Positions 48,625 through 61,557 of a DNA stretch of 64,000 nucleotides are shown one piece after another. The translations under genes and the position numbers were made by a program. The notes beneath the pieces were generated by a model. It was not told the DNA's origin. It saw only the letters and a program-made list of their open reading frames with translations, and did not search any database. Numbering within the stretch: position 1 is the first letter of the stretch; each line of letters starts with the position of its first letter. Origin of the DNA: Mobula hypostoma (taxonomy: Eukaryota); contig NC_086097.1 of the NCBI RefSeq assembly GCF_963921235.1, forward strand, positions 212,538,001 through 212,602,000, read 5' to 3'.

Positions 48625-50825
48625 ATGTTTTAAAGGATGTAAAGAAAAGTGGAATTTAGGCATCAATCATGACCTTTTCAAAATATCTCAACCACAAAGA
48701 AATAATACAAAAAGGTTCAAAAGTTAAACTACATTAAAGAAAACAATGTTCAATAATTACAGAACAATGAATTGACGAGAAAATTGAACAGTTTTACAAT
48801 GCGATCTTCTTAAGTGCAATCATGCAACGTTTCTAATAATTAATAACCTTTACATTTTGGATTATAAAACTCTGCTAAATTAATTATTAACAAATCCATA
48901 TCCTATACATTAAGTTTATAATAGCTTATGTCTAATAAGGATTATTAGAGCCTTTATTTTGGAGATACTGGGTAACAACCTTCAAGTAATTTAATGCCAT
49001 ATATGTTCCAAATTACTACTAACTACTTATGTTAATGAGTTTAGAACTGGAACATAGCACAGATATATTGGTTAGGAAAATGAAACAAAACACTTTATTT
49101 CATTAAATATGCTTTACTTGAATGAAGTATTCTTGGAATATTAAATAAAAATGTGAAAAGTAACATGAAAACAATACTCTCATTTTCTAATTAGTATGCT
49201 GGAAGTCATATAAAGTGAAACTCCTGCATGTTCCAGTTAAGTGACATTGTAAATAATTCCTACACTTCAAGCACCTGCTCAAAACTGCTGTTATCATTTC
49301 TTACAAGAGGATTCCCAGTCTTGAGTGTGTTGCCCTTGTGACTGCTGTTTCCTATCTGCAACTCTCTTCCCCTTCCAAACCCTTTAAAATATTGTTTCTT
49401 CCAGATCCATGCACTTCCTTAAAACTCTTTACAGAATATTGTACGTATTTGCACATACTGTATTTATTGGCAGACTAATTGTGGAGGCTTGATGATTCTC
49501 TATACAATAATTTTACAGTTCTACACTTCTGGTGCAAAGATGAAGTTGTAAATCTACTCTTGTGTTTTTGCTTCAAAGAAATCCACCACCTCCAGAACAT
49601 AGCAAAATTACAAAGTCATTCAGTGTTTACATACAGGAAAATCACCAAGGGTAACCCTGGAGGGCTATATGAATGCATGCTGTTTTGAGTAGCCTTGCTA
49701 TACAATTTCTTGGAGATTTTGATTTCAATAGATAATAAACAGGCTGGATCTAATTTAACTGTATCAAAATGGATATTGATTCACAATAAAAGGGAGAGGG
49801 TCCATCTGCCAGATGAAATGTAGAACATGATCTCATTTGAACTAACAAGACTGTACACTGTTTTTCCTTGTATGCCTGACCCACAGCAGATGGAATTAAG
49901 ATGTTTCCAACTGGACAATTGCGTCAAGTACAGCCATAACAAAATTTAACTCAATTGATATCAAACCACTATGGTTTGACCCTAAGAAAAAAGTGGCCTA
50001 GAGATTGCTGGAAAATATTATGGAGCTCACAGTATGCTTCATCAGTGTGTTAAAATACCTGTCAATTTATGATGAAAAAGAGATGTACCATGAATTGTTC
50101 ATAGCCATAAACTGTTGGATAATTTGCACCACTCTGCCTTTGGTGCTCCCAAAAGGAGAACTCACTGATAGCAGTGTCAAGGATTTGCTTGATTTTGCTG
50201 CAAATGAAATAATCTCAATGGAGCCACTTAGAACTGCTATTTCAAGTCATAAGGAACCTGTTAATGAGGTGTTTTATGACAATGACATAAACTTAATCTT
50301 AGAGTTGAGTAAAGGACCAATTAAAACTGAAGATTCTCACTATAGCAAGTAATAAATTGCTCCTAGAGTCTTTTTGCTTTACATTTCTGCCTTATCTTTT
50401 TCTAATTTTTTAAGCCACTCTTTAGTCCACTCTCTAAAATATTCTTAAAACATATAGTGATCTGTACTTTTATCTACCTTGAAATTCCTCCTACACCAAC
50501 GTATCTATCACAATGATTTCAATGTTGTTTTGCCCGTTCCTCTAGATGTACTTGTCTTCTCCAATCTCCAATAAATAATTTTTATTTAAAAAATCATTGT
50601 TTACAGATTTGGTGTATTTACATCTAGCAGCTTTGGCATGCCATACTGTATTCCTCAACACAATCCTAATCTACTTGAAGTTCCACTTCCATCAGCACTA
50701 CTTCCAATAAAACTTTCCCTTGACTCATTCAAACCTCTAATAACAGCCTAATATTTGGCTGTGCTTATGCAAAGATACAACAGCTTCTATTAACTTGTTT
50801 AACCAAATCTTCTATTCCTTCCTTC

Positions 50826-51650
50826 TTTGACCTTATTGTTGTTGACTTCAGGAGAGCACGGAGCGACTACTCTCCGCTGTACATTGACAGTTCCTCCATT
50901 GAGATCGTTAGGAGCACCAAACTTCTTGGTGGTCACCTGGTGGAGAATCTCACCTGGTCCGTCAACACCAGCTCCATAGCCAAGAAAGGCCAGCAGCGTC
51001 TCTACTTTCTTGAGAAAAGTCCATCTCCCAACCCCCATCCTTACCACATTCTACAGAGGATGTATCGAGAGCATCCTGAGCAGCTGCATCACTGCCTGGT
51101 TCGGGAATTGCACCGTCTCGGATCGCAAGACCCTGCAGCGGATAGTGAGAAGATCACTGGTGTCTCTCTTCCTGCTATTACAGACATTTACACCACACGC
51201 TGCACCCGCAAAGCTAACAGTATTGTGAAGGACCTCACACAAACTCTTCTCCCTCCTGCCATCTGGCAAAAGGTACCAAAGCATTCGGGCTCTCACAACC
51301 AGACTGTGCAACAGTTTCTTCCCCCAAGCCATCAGACTCCTCAATACTCAGAGTCTAGACCGACATCTACATCATTTATTATTATATTGTAACTTGTCCT
51401 CTACTGTGTCTATTGTCTTGTTTATTAATTATTGTAATGCCCTGCACTGTTTTGTGCACTTTATGTAGTCTTGTGCAGGTCTGTAGTCTAGTGCAGTTTT
51501 TATGTTGTTTTACGTAGTCTAGTGTAGCCTTGTGCTGTCTCACATAGTCTAGTGTAGTTTCATGTAGCACCAGGGTCCTGGAGGAAGGTTGTTTCATTTT
51601 TACTGTGTACTGTACCAGCAGCTTATGGTCGAAATGACAATAAACTTGAC
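50826..51650 (+). mobile_element. Rex1/Babar 3' fragment
   Basis: ENLTWSVNTSSIAKKGQQRLYFL; ILTTFYRGCIESILSSCITAWFGNC; AATAAACTTGACTT tail. Confidence 0.9.
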
Positions 51651-52689
51651 TTATACCAGGCAATAGCTCCAACGTCTTTCTTCCCACCTATGTACCAGGA
51701 TGGTCACATATTATCTTCTACAAACTTCTAGGAGCACAGATTGGATTATGTGTAGCACAGATGGACCACACAAAGTTCAGAAAGGCCTAACATTCCTCTG
51801 CCAATAGTCAAGGCTGACCTCAGTAGGCAGAGATAATCTTGGCTCCCCTTTTCCACAATAATTCTCCTATTTTCCATTTTCCTTCCCCTGGGAGTCAGAG
51901 AATAGGAAGAGTACATCTTAACAGATATGCGCACTCTGATAAAGGAAAACACATTCATCACACCCATTCGCTTTCAAATATCACTTCAAATCATTTGTGA
52001 CCATTTTCTAGCAACTTCTCTCCTACGTTGGAAGCGTAGTAAATGAGTGTCCACAGGCAACATGACCACATCAGATCAATTAATTCTTGCTATTCAGTTC
52101 TGATACTGGGAAGTCATAGTTCTAATAGGCCCAGTATTTTCATCCACCCCTGAAAAAAAAGTTCTCTGCAGATCTGAATCTTGAGAAGCTGCTGAGCTGA
52201 TTCCACTTGACATTTGATGCTCACACTTCTAATGATAATGGTTTATCACCCAAGCATAGAAAGGTCTATGCATTTATGCAGCAGTTGTAGATCTCTTCTT
52301 TCTAATCTTAGAAAAACTGCTTAACAGATCTATTTGCTCAACTTTAGCCACATCCAACAAAAAGCTGTTGCTATGTAAAATTACATTTCATTGCCAAATA
52401 ATCTACATTGAAGATGCTATGATTGTTGCCTGAAATTCATCATATATTCAAATTTTCTTGTTCTAAATGTAAACCTTGATTCATTTAATAAAACTACCTA
52501 TATGGCTTATCCTATGGAAAGCTCTGTAAGGTTCTGCTTCTGAAGTTGTCCTGAGATTAAAGATTTCAAAATTCAAAGTGACTCAGATGTATAGGCCTGA
52601 TGTGAGAACTGCAAGATTGTGCACTAGACATGAAAGAAGACAAGGCTGCATGTTCCAGTTCCATTTGTTATGCAATGAACTAATTCCTA

Positions 52690-53440
52690 GGAAGGTAGTA
52701 CTGGAGTCTCAGGAGCCACACCACTAAATTCAGGAACAGTTATTACCCCTCAACCATCAGGTTCTTGAAACAGAGGTGATAACTTCACTCAACTTCACCC
52801 ACCCCATCTCTGAATTGTTCCCACAACCTATGGACTCAGTTTCAAAGTCTCTTCATTTCATGTTTTCCATAATTTTTTCTTATTTATTTATTATTATTAT
52901 GATTTCTTTCTATCTTTCATTTTGCATTTGCACGGTACATTGCGTGTGGGCACGTAGCCAAGTGGTTAAGGCATTCGACTGGTGACCTGGAGGTTGCGAG
53001 TTCGAGCCCCAGCCAAGGCAGCATGTTATGTCCTTGAGCAAAGCATTTAACCACACAGTGCTCCACAACGACACTGGTGCCAAGCTGTATCGGTCCTAAT
53101 GCCCTTCCCTTGGACAACATCGGTGTCATGGAGAGGGGAAACTTGCAGCATGGGCAACTGCCGGTCTTCCATACGACCTTGCCCAGGCCTGCGCCCCAGA
53201 GAATAAAGACTTTCCAGGCACAAATACATGGTCTCGCAAGACTAACGGATGCCTTTATTTATTTATTTTATTGTCTTTTGCAGATTGGCTGTTTACCCTT
53301 CCTACTGGGTGCAGTCCTTTATTGATTCAATTGTGTTTCTTGTACTTATTGTGAATACCCAAGAAGATGAATCTCAGGATTGTATATGGTGACATATATG
53401 CACTTTGATAATAAATTTGCATTGAACTTTTGAATCTTGA
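52690..53440 (+). mobile_element. Rex1/Babar 3' end split by a SINE
   Basis: CACCACTAAATTCAGGAACAGTTATTACCCCTCAACCATCAGG; UTR resumes after ~53270; AATAAA...TTGAACTT tail. Confidence 0.75.
52948..53270 (+). mobile_element. tRNA-derived SINE with CORE-like domain
   Basis: A box TAGCCAAGTGG (52955-52965), B box GAGTTCGAGCC (52998-53008), TGTCCTTGAGCAAAGCATTTAACC CORE-like block, (TTTA)n tail. Confidence 0.85.
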
Positions 53441-54269
53441 ACCTTAAATCATCAACTGCATCATCAGCTTAGATGTCATGTTTGGACAAGAACATGAAGG
53501 GAATTTCGCCTTCAGGATGAACTGAATCCCCTGAAAAGGCACCTGTGGTCTGTCAGCTTCTTAGTCAGAGACAAAACTTCAGAGTGACCATGCAAACATA
53601 ATGAAACAAAATACTTACTTAATAAAACAAAATTCCTTACTAATACCATCAATTGGACAAACTCTTGATTGGCTATGTTAACCTCAGATGTTTTGAGCCA
53701 GCATAGAATATTTTACCATGTCATAGATGTTAAATAGACAGAAAGATAATCATACATATTTTACATCCAATGGCAAAGAGACAGCTACATTTGAAAACTG
53801 GCCACAAAGCTTTAATAAGCGTTGTGGCATTGATTTCCTTTATTACAATGTGACTTTCAGCATGGCATCAAATATTCAGTGGCAAACAGAAAGAGTGAAG
53901 TGATCAAGCGGCTTGAACTGGCAAACAGACAAAGAATTCTCACAGAGAACAAAACAGGAAGTAAGCAAGTAAGAGGCTCATAATAAACATTTACTCATTT
54001 TATAAATTACAAAATAATAATTGTGACCTACATATGGGATTAAGCTGAACGGAAGCAAGAATAAACTGTAATTACTTGAAAGATGGTTGTAATTTGTACC
54101 TGGAATAGATGGAAATGCACATCATATTGATTTGATCAGTTTTCCGGGGTCAAGAAGAATGTTTTAGCAACAACTATAACTTAGCATGCCATTAGAAATT
54201 CACTCATGCAGTAATGTGTAACATTTTCAATGAGAATATTTGTAGAAACTTGTCAATGTTCCTGTCAAG

Positions 54270-55000
54270 AGAGCTGGTCATTGTTTTCAGGAAGCAGGGC
54301 ATTGCACACACTCCTTTCTGGTATCAGCAGTGCTGAGGCTGTGATGGCGGAGAGCTTCAAATTCCTAGGGATAACATTACCAATTGCCTGAAATTGTTCA
54401 GCCACATAGAGCATAGCCAAGAGAGCACTGACTGCAGTGCCTCTACATCTTCAGAAGGCTAAAGAGATTTGGCATTGATCCACGGCAATTGTTATTGAAA
54501 AAGTGTTTTGATGCATCCTACCTGCATGTATTATGAATTCATACTCTGCCCGAAACCGTAGGAAACGGCAGAGAATTGTGGACGTAGCTCAGCACATCAC
54601 AAAAACCAGTCTCTCCTCCATGGATTCTGTCTACATTTCCCAATTTGGTGGTAAAGTGACCAACACCAACTTCTCCCACCCCAGATATTCTCACTTTTTC
54701 CCCTTTCTTTTGGGAAGAAGATACAAAAGCCTGAAAGCATGTACCACCGTAATTGAGGACAGCTTCGATTCCACTGTACGATAAGATTGACTGTTGACCT
54801 CACCATCTACTTTGTCATGGCCTTGAACCTATTGTCTTCTTGCACTACACTTTCTCTGTAACTGTAACACTATATTCTGTATTCTGTTATTGATTTCCCT
54901 TATACTACCCTGAGGTACTGACATGCTGAAATGATATGTATGGATGCCATGCAAAACAGACTTCACCACTCTACCTCGATAGACATGACAATAATAAAAA
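54270..55000 (+). mobile_element. Degraded Rex1/Babar 3' fragment
   Basis: GAGAGCTTCAAATTCCTAGG (ESFKFLG); ORF 54533..54784 SHPRYSHF...GRRYKSLKACTT..EDSF. Confidence 0.75.
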
Positions 55001-56242
55001 CTTTATGTCAATTCACCAATCACTGATTCTATACTCTTTACATTCACAAAGGGTGTACAACTTGCCCTCAAAGAGACTATCACTGACAGCAAATTTTACA
55101 TTCTAACTACAGAAGTTACTGTCTGTACGGAATTATAGTGGCATTCAGGTCTGACAGTTTTGCTATCAATACAACTACAAAATCTGGGCCATTGTATAAC
55201 TTTGGAACTGATTTACTAAGTGCTTTGTACTTTATCTTATTTTCCACTTCTATAAACCTAATTGCTTTGTCTATCCTTAGCATTAATTAGGAGAAATTTG
55301 ATCACATGTTAACTTAAAATACAGTTATTTGAAGTGGGCTTTAAATATAACACCCTAACAATGTCTTGCAACAAGCCAATTTATTACCAGGCTTGGAATG
55401 GTAATAGCATCAACTTTAAATTTTGCATCACATTTACTAATCTAGGAAAACAAACTGCCTTCTACTCTGAAATTGTCCACTACCATAATAGGTTATTTGC
55501 AACTAAATGCCTTGCCAAGTCCTAGGTTTGTGATATCACTGAATGAAAACTAAATATAACTCAGTGAAGCACCACTGCGGGTGTCAGAAATACATTCATG
55601 GCTATGAATCAATGATAAAGAGACTTCACTAAGTAGCATTATTGAGAGCATAAAACATTCTAAACACTAATTGCATTAAAAACAAGTAATTTCCTCAAAA
55701 CTCTAAATGAAATCTATTTAAAAACTGAAATTTGCTTTTACATCGTTTCCTGCAATTTTCAACTTCGGCTAAGATTTTTATATTGAGGTAAATGTCATAG
55801 TTCATCATAAATACCAAATGGCTTCAAAGAATATTGAGCTCATTTTATGTATGCTGTTAACGCACAAGATTAAAAATTATCGGGGTACTATTTTTACCTG
55901 CCTTCTATACAACCCATTAGGTGGCCAGCAGGTAAAATAGTGACAAATTTGCATTCAGTCCTGATTCCATCCTTGGAAATCTTAAAGTCCATTCTGATAT
56001 GCTTACATTACCATTTTCACATTGATTGAGTATGGAAACAGCTGTGACTTCTTCAGGAGGCTGGATTAGCTGAAGAAAAATAATCTTCCTGCATTATATC
56101 ATTTATTTCCCTTGTGGGCCAAGTTTCTCCACATGTCACAAGAGAAATGAAGGCATAACCATAAAACAGTGAAGGGCCAACTCAACCCAATTTTTATGGT
56201 CAGGCAACTTCTCCCCCATCCCCGTTGGCCAATTGCATCAGG

Positions 56243-58165
56243 ATATAGAATATAACATAGAATATAGAACATAGAATAGTACAGCACAGTACAGGTCCTT
56301 CAGCCCACAATGTTGCGCCGACCCTCAAACCCTGCCTCCCATATAAGCCCCCACCTTAAATTCCTCCATATACCTGTCTAGTAGTCTCTTAAACTTCACT
56401 AGTGTATCTGCCTCCACCACTGACGCAGGCAGTGCATTCCACGCACCAACCACTCTCTGAGTAAAAAACCTTCCTCTAATATCCCCCTTGAACTTCCCAC
56501 CCCTTACCTTAAAGCCATGTCCTCTTGTATTGAGCAGAGGTGCCCTGGGGAAGAGGCGCTGGCTATCTACTCTATCTGTTCCTCTTATTATCTTGTACAC
56601 CTCTATCATGTCTCCTCTCATCCTCCTTCTCTCCAAAGAGTAAAGCCCTAGCTCCGTTAATCTCTGATCATAATGCATACTCTCTAAACCAGGCAGCATC
56701 CCGGTAATTCTCCTCTGTACCCTTTCCAATGCTTCCACATCCTTCCTATAGTGAGGCAACCAGAACTGGACACAGTACTCCAAGTGTGGCCTAACCAGAG
56801 GTTTTTTAGAGCTGCACCATTACATCGCGACTCTTAAAACTCTGTCCCTCGACTTATGAAAGCTAACACCCCATAAACTTTCTTAACTACCCTATCCACC
56901 TGTGAGGCAACTTTCAGGGATCTGTGGACATGTACCCTCAGATCCCTCTGCTCCCCCACATTACCAAGTATCCTGCCACTTACTTTGTACTCTGCCTTGG
57001 AGTTTGTCCTTCCAAAGTGTACCACCTCACACTTCTCTGGGTTGAACTCCATCTGCCACTTCTCAGCCCACTTCAGTATCCTATCAATGTTTCTCTGCAA
57101 TCTTTGACAATCCTCTACACTATCTACAACACCACCAACCTTTGTATCGTCTGCAAACTTGCCAACCCACCCTTCTACTCCCACATCCAGGTCGTTAATA
57201 AAAATCACGAAAAGAGGAGGTCCCAGAACAGATCCTTGTGGGACACCACTAGTCACAATCCTCCAATCTGAATGTACTCCCTCCACCATCACCCTCTGCC
57301 TTCTGTAGGCAAGCCAATTCTGTATCCACCTGGCCAAACTTTCCTGGATCCCATGCCTTCTGACTTTCTGAATAAGCCTACCGTGTGGAACCTTGTCAAA
57401 TGCCTTATTAAAATCCATATAGATCACATCCACTGCACTACCCTCATCTATATGCCTGGTCACCTCCTCAATGGACTCTATCAGGCTTGCTAGACATGAT
57501 CTGCCCTTCACAAAGCCATGCTGACTGTCCCTGATCAGACCATGATTCTCTAAATGCCCAGAGATCCTATCTCTAAGAATCTTTTCCAACAGCTTTCCCA
57601 CCACAGACTCACTGGTCACTGGTTTATAATTACTTGGACTATCCCTACTACCTTTTTTGAGCAAGGTGACAACATTCGCTTCCCTCCAATCCTCCGGTAC
57701 CATTCCCGTGGACAGCAAGCACATAAAGATCCTAGCCAGAGGCTTAGCAATCTCTTCCCTCGTCACGTGGAGCAGCCTGGGGAATATTCCGTCAGGCCCC
57801 GGGGACGCATCTGTCCTAATGTATTTTAACAACTCCAACACCTCCTCTCCCTTAATATCAACATGCCCCAGAACATCAACCTCACTCATATTGTCCTCAC
57901 CATTATCAAGTTCCCTCTCATTGGTGAATACCGAAGAGAAGTATTCATTGAGGACCTCGTTCACTTCCACAGCCTCCAGGCACATCTTCCCACCTTTATC
58001 TCTAATTGGTCCTACCTTCAATCCTGTCATCCTTTTGTTCTTCACACAACTGAAGAATGCCTTGGGATTTTCCTTTACCCTACTCGCCAAGGCCTTCTCA
58101 TGCACCCTTCTTGCTCTTCTCAGCCCCTTCTTAAGCTCCTTTCTTGCTTCCCTATATTTCTCAAC
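56243..58165 (-). mobile_element. 5'-truncated CR1 LINE (RT domain + 3' tail)
   Basis: ORFs 56834..58255 (DFNKAFDKVPH, GVPQGSVLGP, FADDTK) and 56325..56783 separated by a frameshift; TTCTAT(G/A) repeats at 56243-56280. Confidence 0.95.
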
Positions 58166-58403
58166 AGATGATATATCATCAAGGCAGAACCATTCAATCA
58201 GACCTATGTTGCTACTTCCTGGAGGGACTGACCCCTTCCAAGTAAACATTCCCATCAGGAATTAATATTACTGTCAATATGTGAAAATCGTACTACCTGA
58301 AGATCAAAGTTATACAGAAAGGTTAGGATTTTCATATATTTTTTCCACACCCAAGCCTGACTCCATAAACACCGTTAAGTGTACAGGATGTATGAATGTT
58401 TTT

Positions 58404-58541
58404 AGGAAATACCAATATAATCAACCGACTGCCTGTTCTGATAGGGGAAATAAAATACTATCTATGTTTGTACATCTTTTCAGGAAATGCCAATATAATC
58501 AACTGATTGCTTATTCTGATAGTGGAAATAAAATACTGTCT
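58404..58541. repeat. Imperfect 78-bp-period duplication
   Basis: AGGAAAT(A/G)CCAATATAATCAAC...TTCTGATAG.GGAAATAAAATACT at 58404 and 58482. Confidence 0.9.
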
Positions 58542-58727
58542 TAATGAAATGATTCTGGTTTAGTCATGACCTCCCTTTGCACATCCCCTAAGGCAGTGAA
58601 GACCCACCTTACCCACCCTTGCCAATCTTTATCAATGTACCACAGAAAGCTTCCTACCCGGAAGCATAACGGATTGGTTTGGCAATTGCTCTGCCTGTGA
58701 CTGCAAAATACTGCTGAGTTGTTGATA

Positions 58728-59297
58728 CAGCTAGAAGGGGCCATGAGAAGGCCTTCACAAGCAAGATTAAGGAAAACCCCAAGGCATTCTACAAGTATGT
58801 GACGAGCAAGAGGTGAGCCATGTGAGAATAAGACAATCAGGTGTGATAGTGGAAACATGTGCATGGAGTCGGAGGAGGTAGCGGAGGTACTTAATGAATA
58901 CTTTGCTTCAGTATTCACCAGGGAAAAGGACCTTGGCAATTGCGGGGATGATTTACAGCAGACTGAAATGCTTGAGCATAGAGACATTAAGAAAGAGGAT
59001 GTGCTGGAGCTTTTGAAAAGTATTAAGTTAGATTAGTCGCTGGGACCGAGTGAGATATACCCCCAGGCTACTGTGGGAAGTGAGGGACGGGATTGCTGAG
59101 CCTCTGGCAATGATCTTTGTATCGTCAATAGGGATGGGAGAAGTACTAGAGGATTGGACGGTTGCAAATGATGTTCTCTTGTTCAAGAAAGGGAGTAGAG
59201 ATAACCCAGGAAATTATAGACCAATGAGTCTTACTTCAGTGGTGGGCAAGTTGTTGGAGAAGATCCTGAGAGGCAGGATTTATGAGCATTTGGACAG
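58728..59297 (+). mobile_element. Internal CR1 ORF2 fragment embedded in a Rex1 remnant
   Basis: HEKA...IKENPKAFYKY; PRLLWEVR...FKKGSRDNPGNYRPMSLTSVVGKLLEKI; Rex1-type sequence at ~58630-58730 and ~59298-59430. Confidence 0.85.
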
Positions 59298-59801
59298 ATT
59301 ATTGTTATTGTTTTACCGTATTCTACCTCAATGCATTGTGTAATGATTTGATTTCTATGAACAGAATGCAAGACAAGCTTTCACTTTATCTCCATTCATT
59401 TGACAGTAATAAACCAATACTAATAACCAGTGAGATCGGATACAACATCCTTCAATATATATTTCTCTTTTTGTTTGGTATTGTCAATAAGTCACATTAT
59501 CCACTGAGTTACCAGGGAGGGATAAAGTTGAAGCTGCATTGAGATCCGATATTACTTTCAGTAACAGGGTTAGAATTGGGAGATAATATGGATGTAAGAT
59601 TAGAATATGATTGAAAAACAGATTTAGTATAAGGGTCAGTTTTAGTATTGCTGTATTATGTCAAGACAGGCCTTGTAGATGTACAGTGAACAATTTAAAA
59701 TCCACTACTTTCTTTAAAAATAGCACATATTCATTTTGAAATGTTATCATCCATAACTCTGAGTTCTGAAAGGTTATTTTCAATAACTCAATCTTAACAT
59801 G

Positions 59802-61133
59802 AGTGATGAAATGCTTTGAGAAGTTGGTCACGACTAGACTGAATTCCTGCCTCAGCAAGGACCTGGACCCATTGCAATTTGCCTATCACCACAATAGGTC
59901 AACGGCAGACGCAATCGCAATGGCTCTCCACACAGCTTTACACCACCTGGACAACACAAACCCTAAGTCAGGATGCTGTTCATGCTGACTACAGCTCAGC
60001 ATTTAATACCATAATTCCCACAATCCTGACTGAGGAGTTGCAGAATCTGGGTCTCTGTACCTCCCTCTGCAATTGGATCCTTGACTTCCTAACTGGAAGA
60101 CCACAATCTGTGCAGGTTGGTGATAACATATCCTCCTCGCTGACAAACAACAGTGGTACACCTCAGGGGTGTGTGCTTAGCCCACTGCTCTACTCTCTAT
60201 ATACACATGACTGTGTGGCTAGGCATAGCTCAAATACCATCTATAGATTTGCTGATGATACAGCCATTGTTGGTAGAATCTCAGGTGGTGACGAGAGGGC
60301 GTACAGGAGTGAGATATGCCAACTAGTGGAGTGGTGCTGTAGCAACAACCTGGCATTCAACATCAGTAAGACAGAAGAGCTGATTGTGGACTTCAGGAAG
60401 GGCAAGACGAAGGAACACATTCCAATCCTCACAGAGGGATCAGAAGTGGAGAGAGTGAGCAGTTTCAAGTTCCTGGGTGTCAAGATCTCTGAGGATCTAA
60501 CCTGGTTCCAACATATCGATGTATTTATAAAGAAGGCAAGACAGCAGCTATACTTTATTAGTAATTTGAAGAGATTTGGCGTGTCAACAAATACACTCAA
60601 AAACTTCTATATTTGTACCGTGGAGAGCATTCTGACAGGCTGCTTTACTGTCTGGTATGGAGGGCTACTGCACAGGACCGAAAGAAGCTGCAGAAGGTTG
60701 TAAATCTAGTCAGCTCCATCTTGCGTTCTAGCCTACAAAGTACCCAGGACATCTTCAGGGAGCAGTGTCTCAGAAAGGCAGCGTCCATTATTAAGGACCT
60801 CCAGCACCCAGGGCATGCCCTTTTCTCACTTATCATCAGGTAGGAGGTACAGAAGTCTGAAGACACACACAGTCAGCGATTCAGGAACAGCTTCTTCCTC
60901 TCTGCCATCTGATTCCTAAATGAACATTGAATCTTTGGACACTACCTCACTTTTTTTAATATACAGTTTTTCTGTTTTTGTATGTTTTTTAATCTATTCA
61001 ATATACATAATTGATTTGTTTATTTATTATTTTATTTACTTTTCTCTCTGCTAGATTATATATTGCATTGAACTGCTGCTGCTAAGTAACAAATTTCATG
61101 TCACATGTCAGCGATAATAAACCTGATTGTGAT
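59802..61133 (+). mobile_element. 5'-truncated Rex1/Babar element with RT domain (frameshifted)
   Basis: MKCFEKLV...[57 protein letters not shown] tail. Confidence 0.95.
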
Positions 61134-61343
61134 TCACTGTGTAGTCAAAACTTACCTAACCCATATTTCAAAGCTTTCACTTATAGTACAATCTGTAATC
61201 GCACAATGAAACTAAACAATATGGTTTAATTTCAATGCAGCACTAAAAAGAATATCCACCAAAAAATGGTAAATACCTGTAAAAAATTTTAAAGTTTTGC
61301 AAAATACCTGGCCATAGATCAGAAAGAGTCTGCAGCAGATGAC

Positions 61344-61557
61344 AAACACAAGAGATTCTGCATATGCTGGGAAACCTTAAAGCAACACACACAAGATGCT
61401 GGAGGAACTCAGCAAGTCAGGCACCTTCTTATTCTGGCTTCTGCCCTCTTCCTTTCCAGTCCTGATGATGGGCCTTGACCCAAATTGTTAACTGTTTGCT
61501 TCTTTCCATAAATGCTACCTGACTTGTTGAGTTCTTCCAGCATTTTGTGTGTGTTGC
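61344..61557. mobile_element. Penelope-derived fold-back mini-element with decayed hammerhead
   Basis: Arms GCAACACACACAAGATGCTGGAGGAACTCAGCAAGTCAGG / CCTGACTTGTTGAGTTCTTCCAGCATTTTGTGTGTGTTGC; CAGTCCTGATGATGGGCCTTGACCCAAATTGTTAACTG at 61457-61494. Confidence 0.8.

Noticed and set aside
52948..53020. tRNA-like sequence
   Set aside because: It is the head of a SINE, followed by CORE-like body and tail; no proper acceptor stem or terminator
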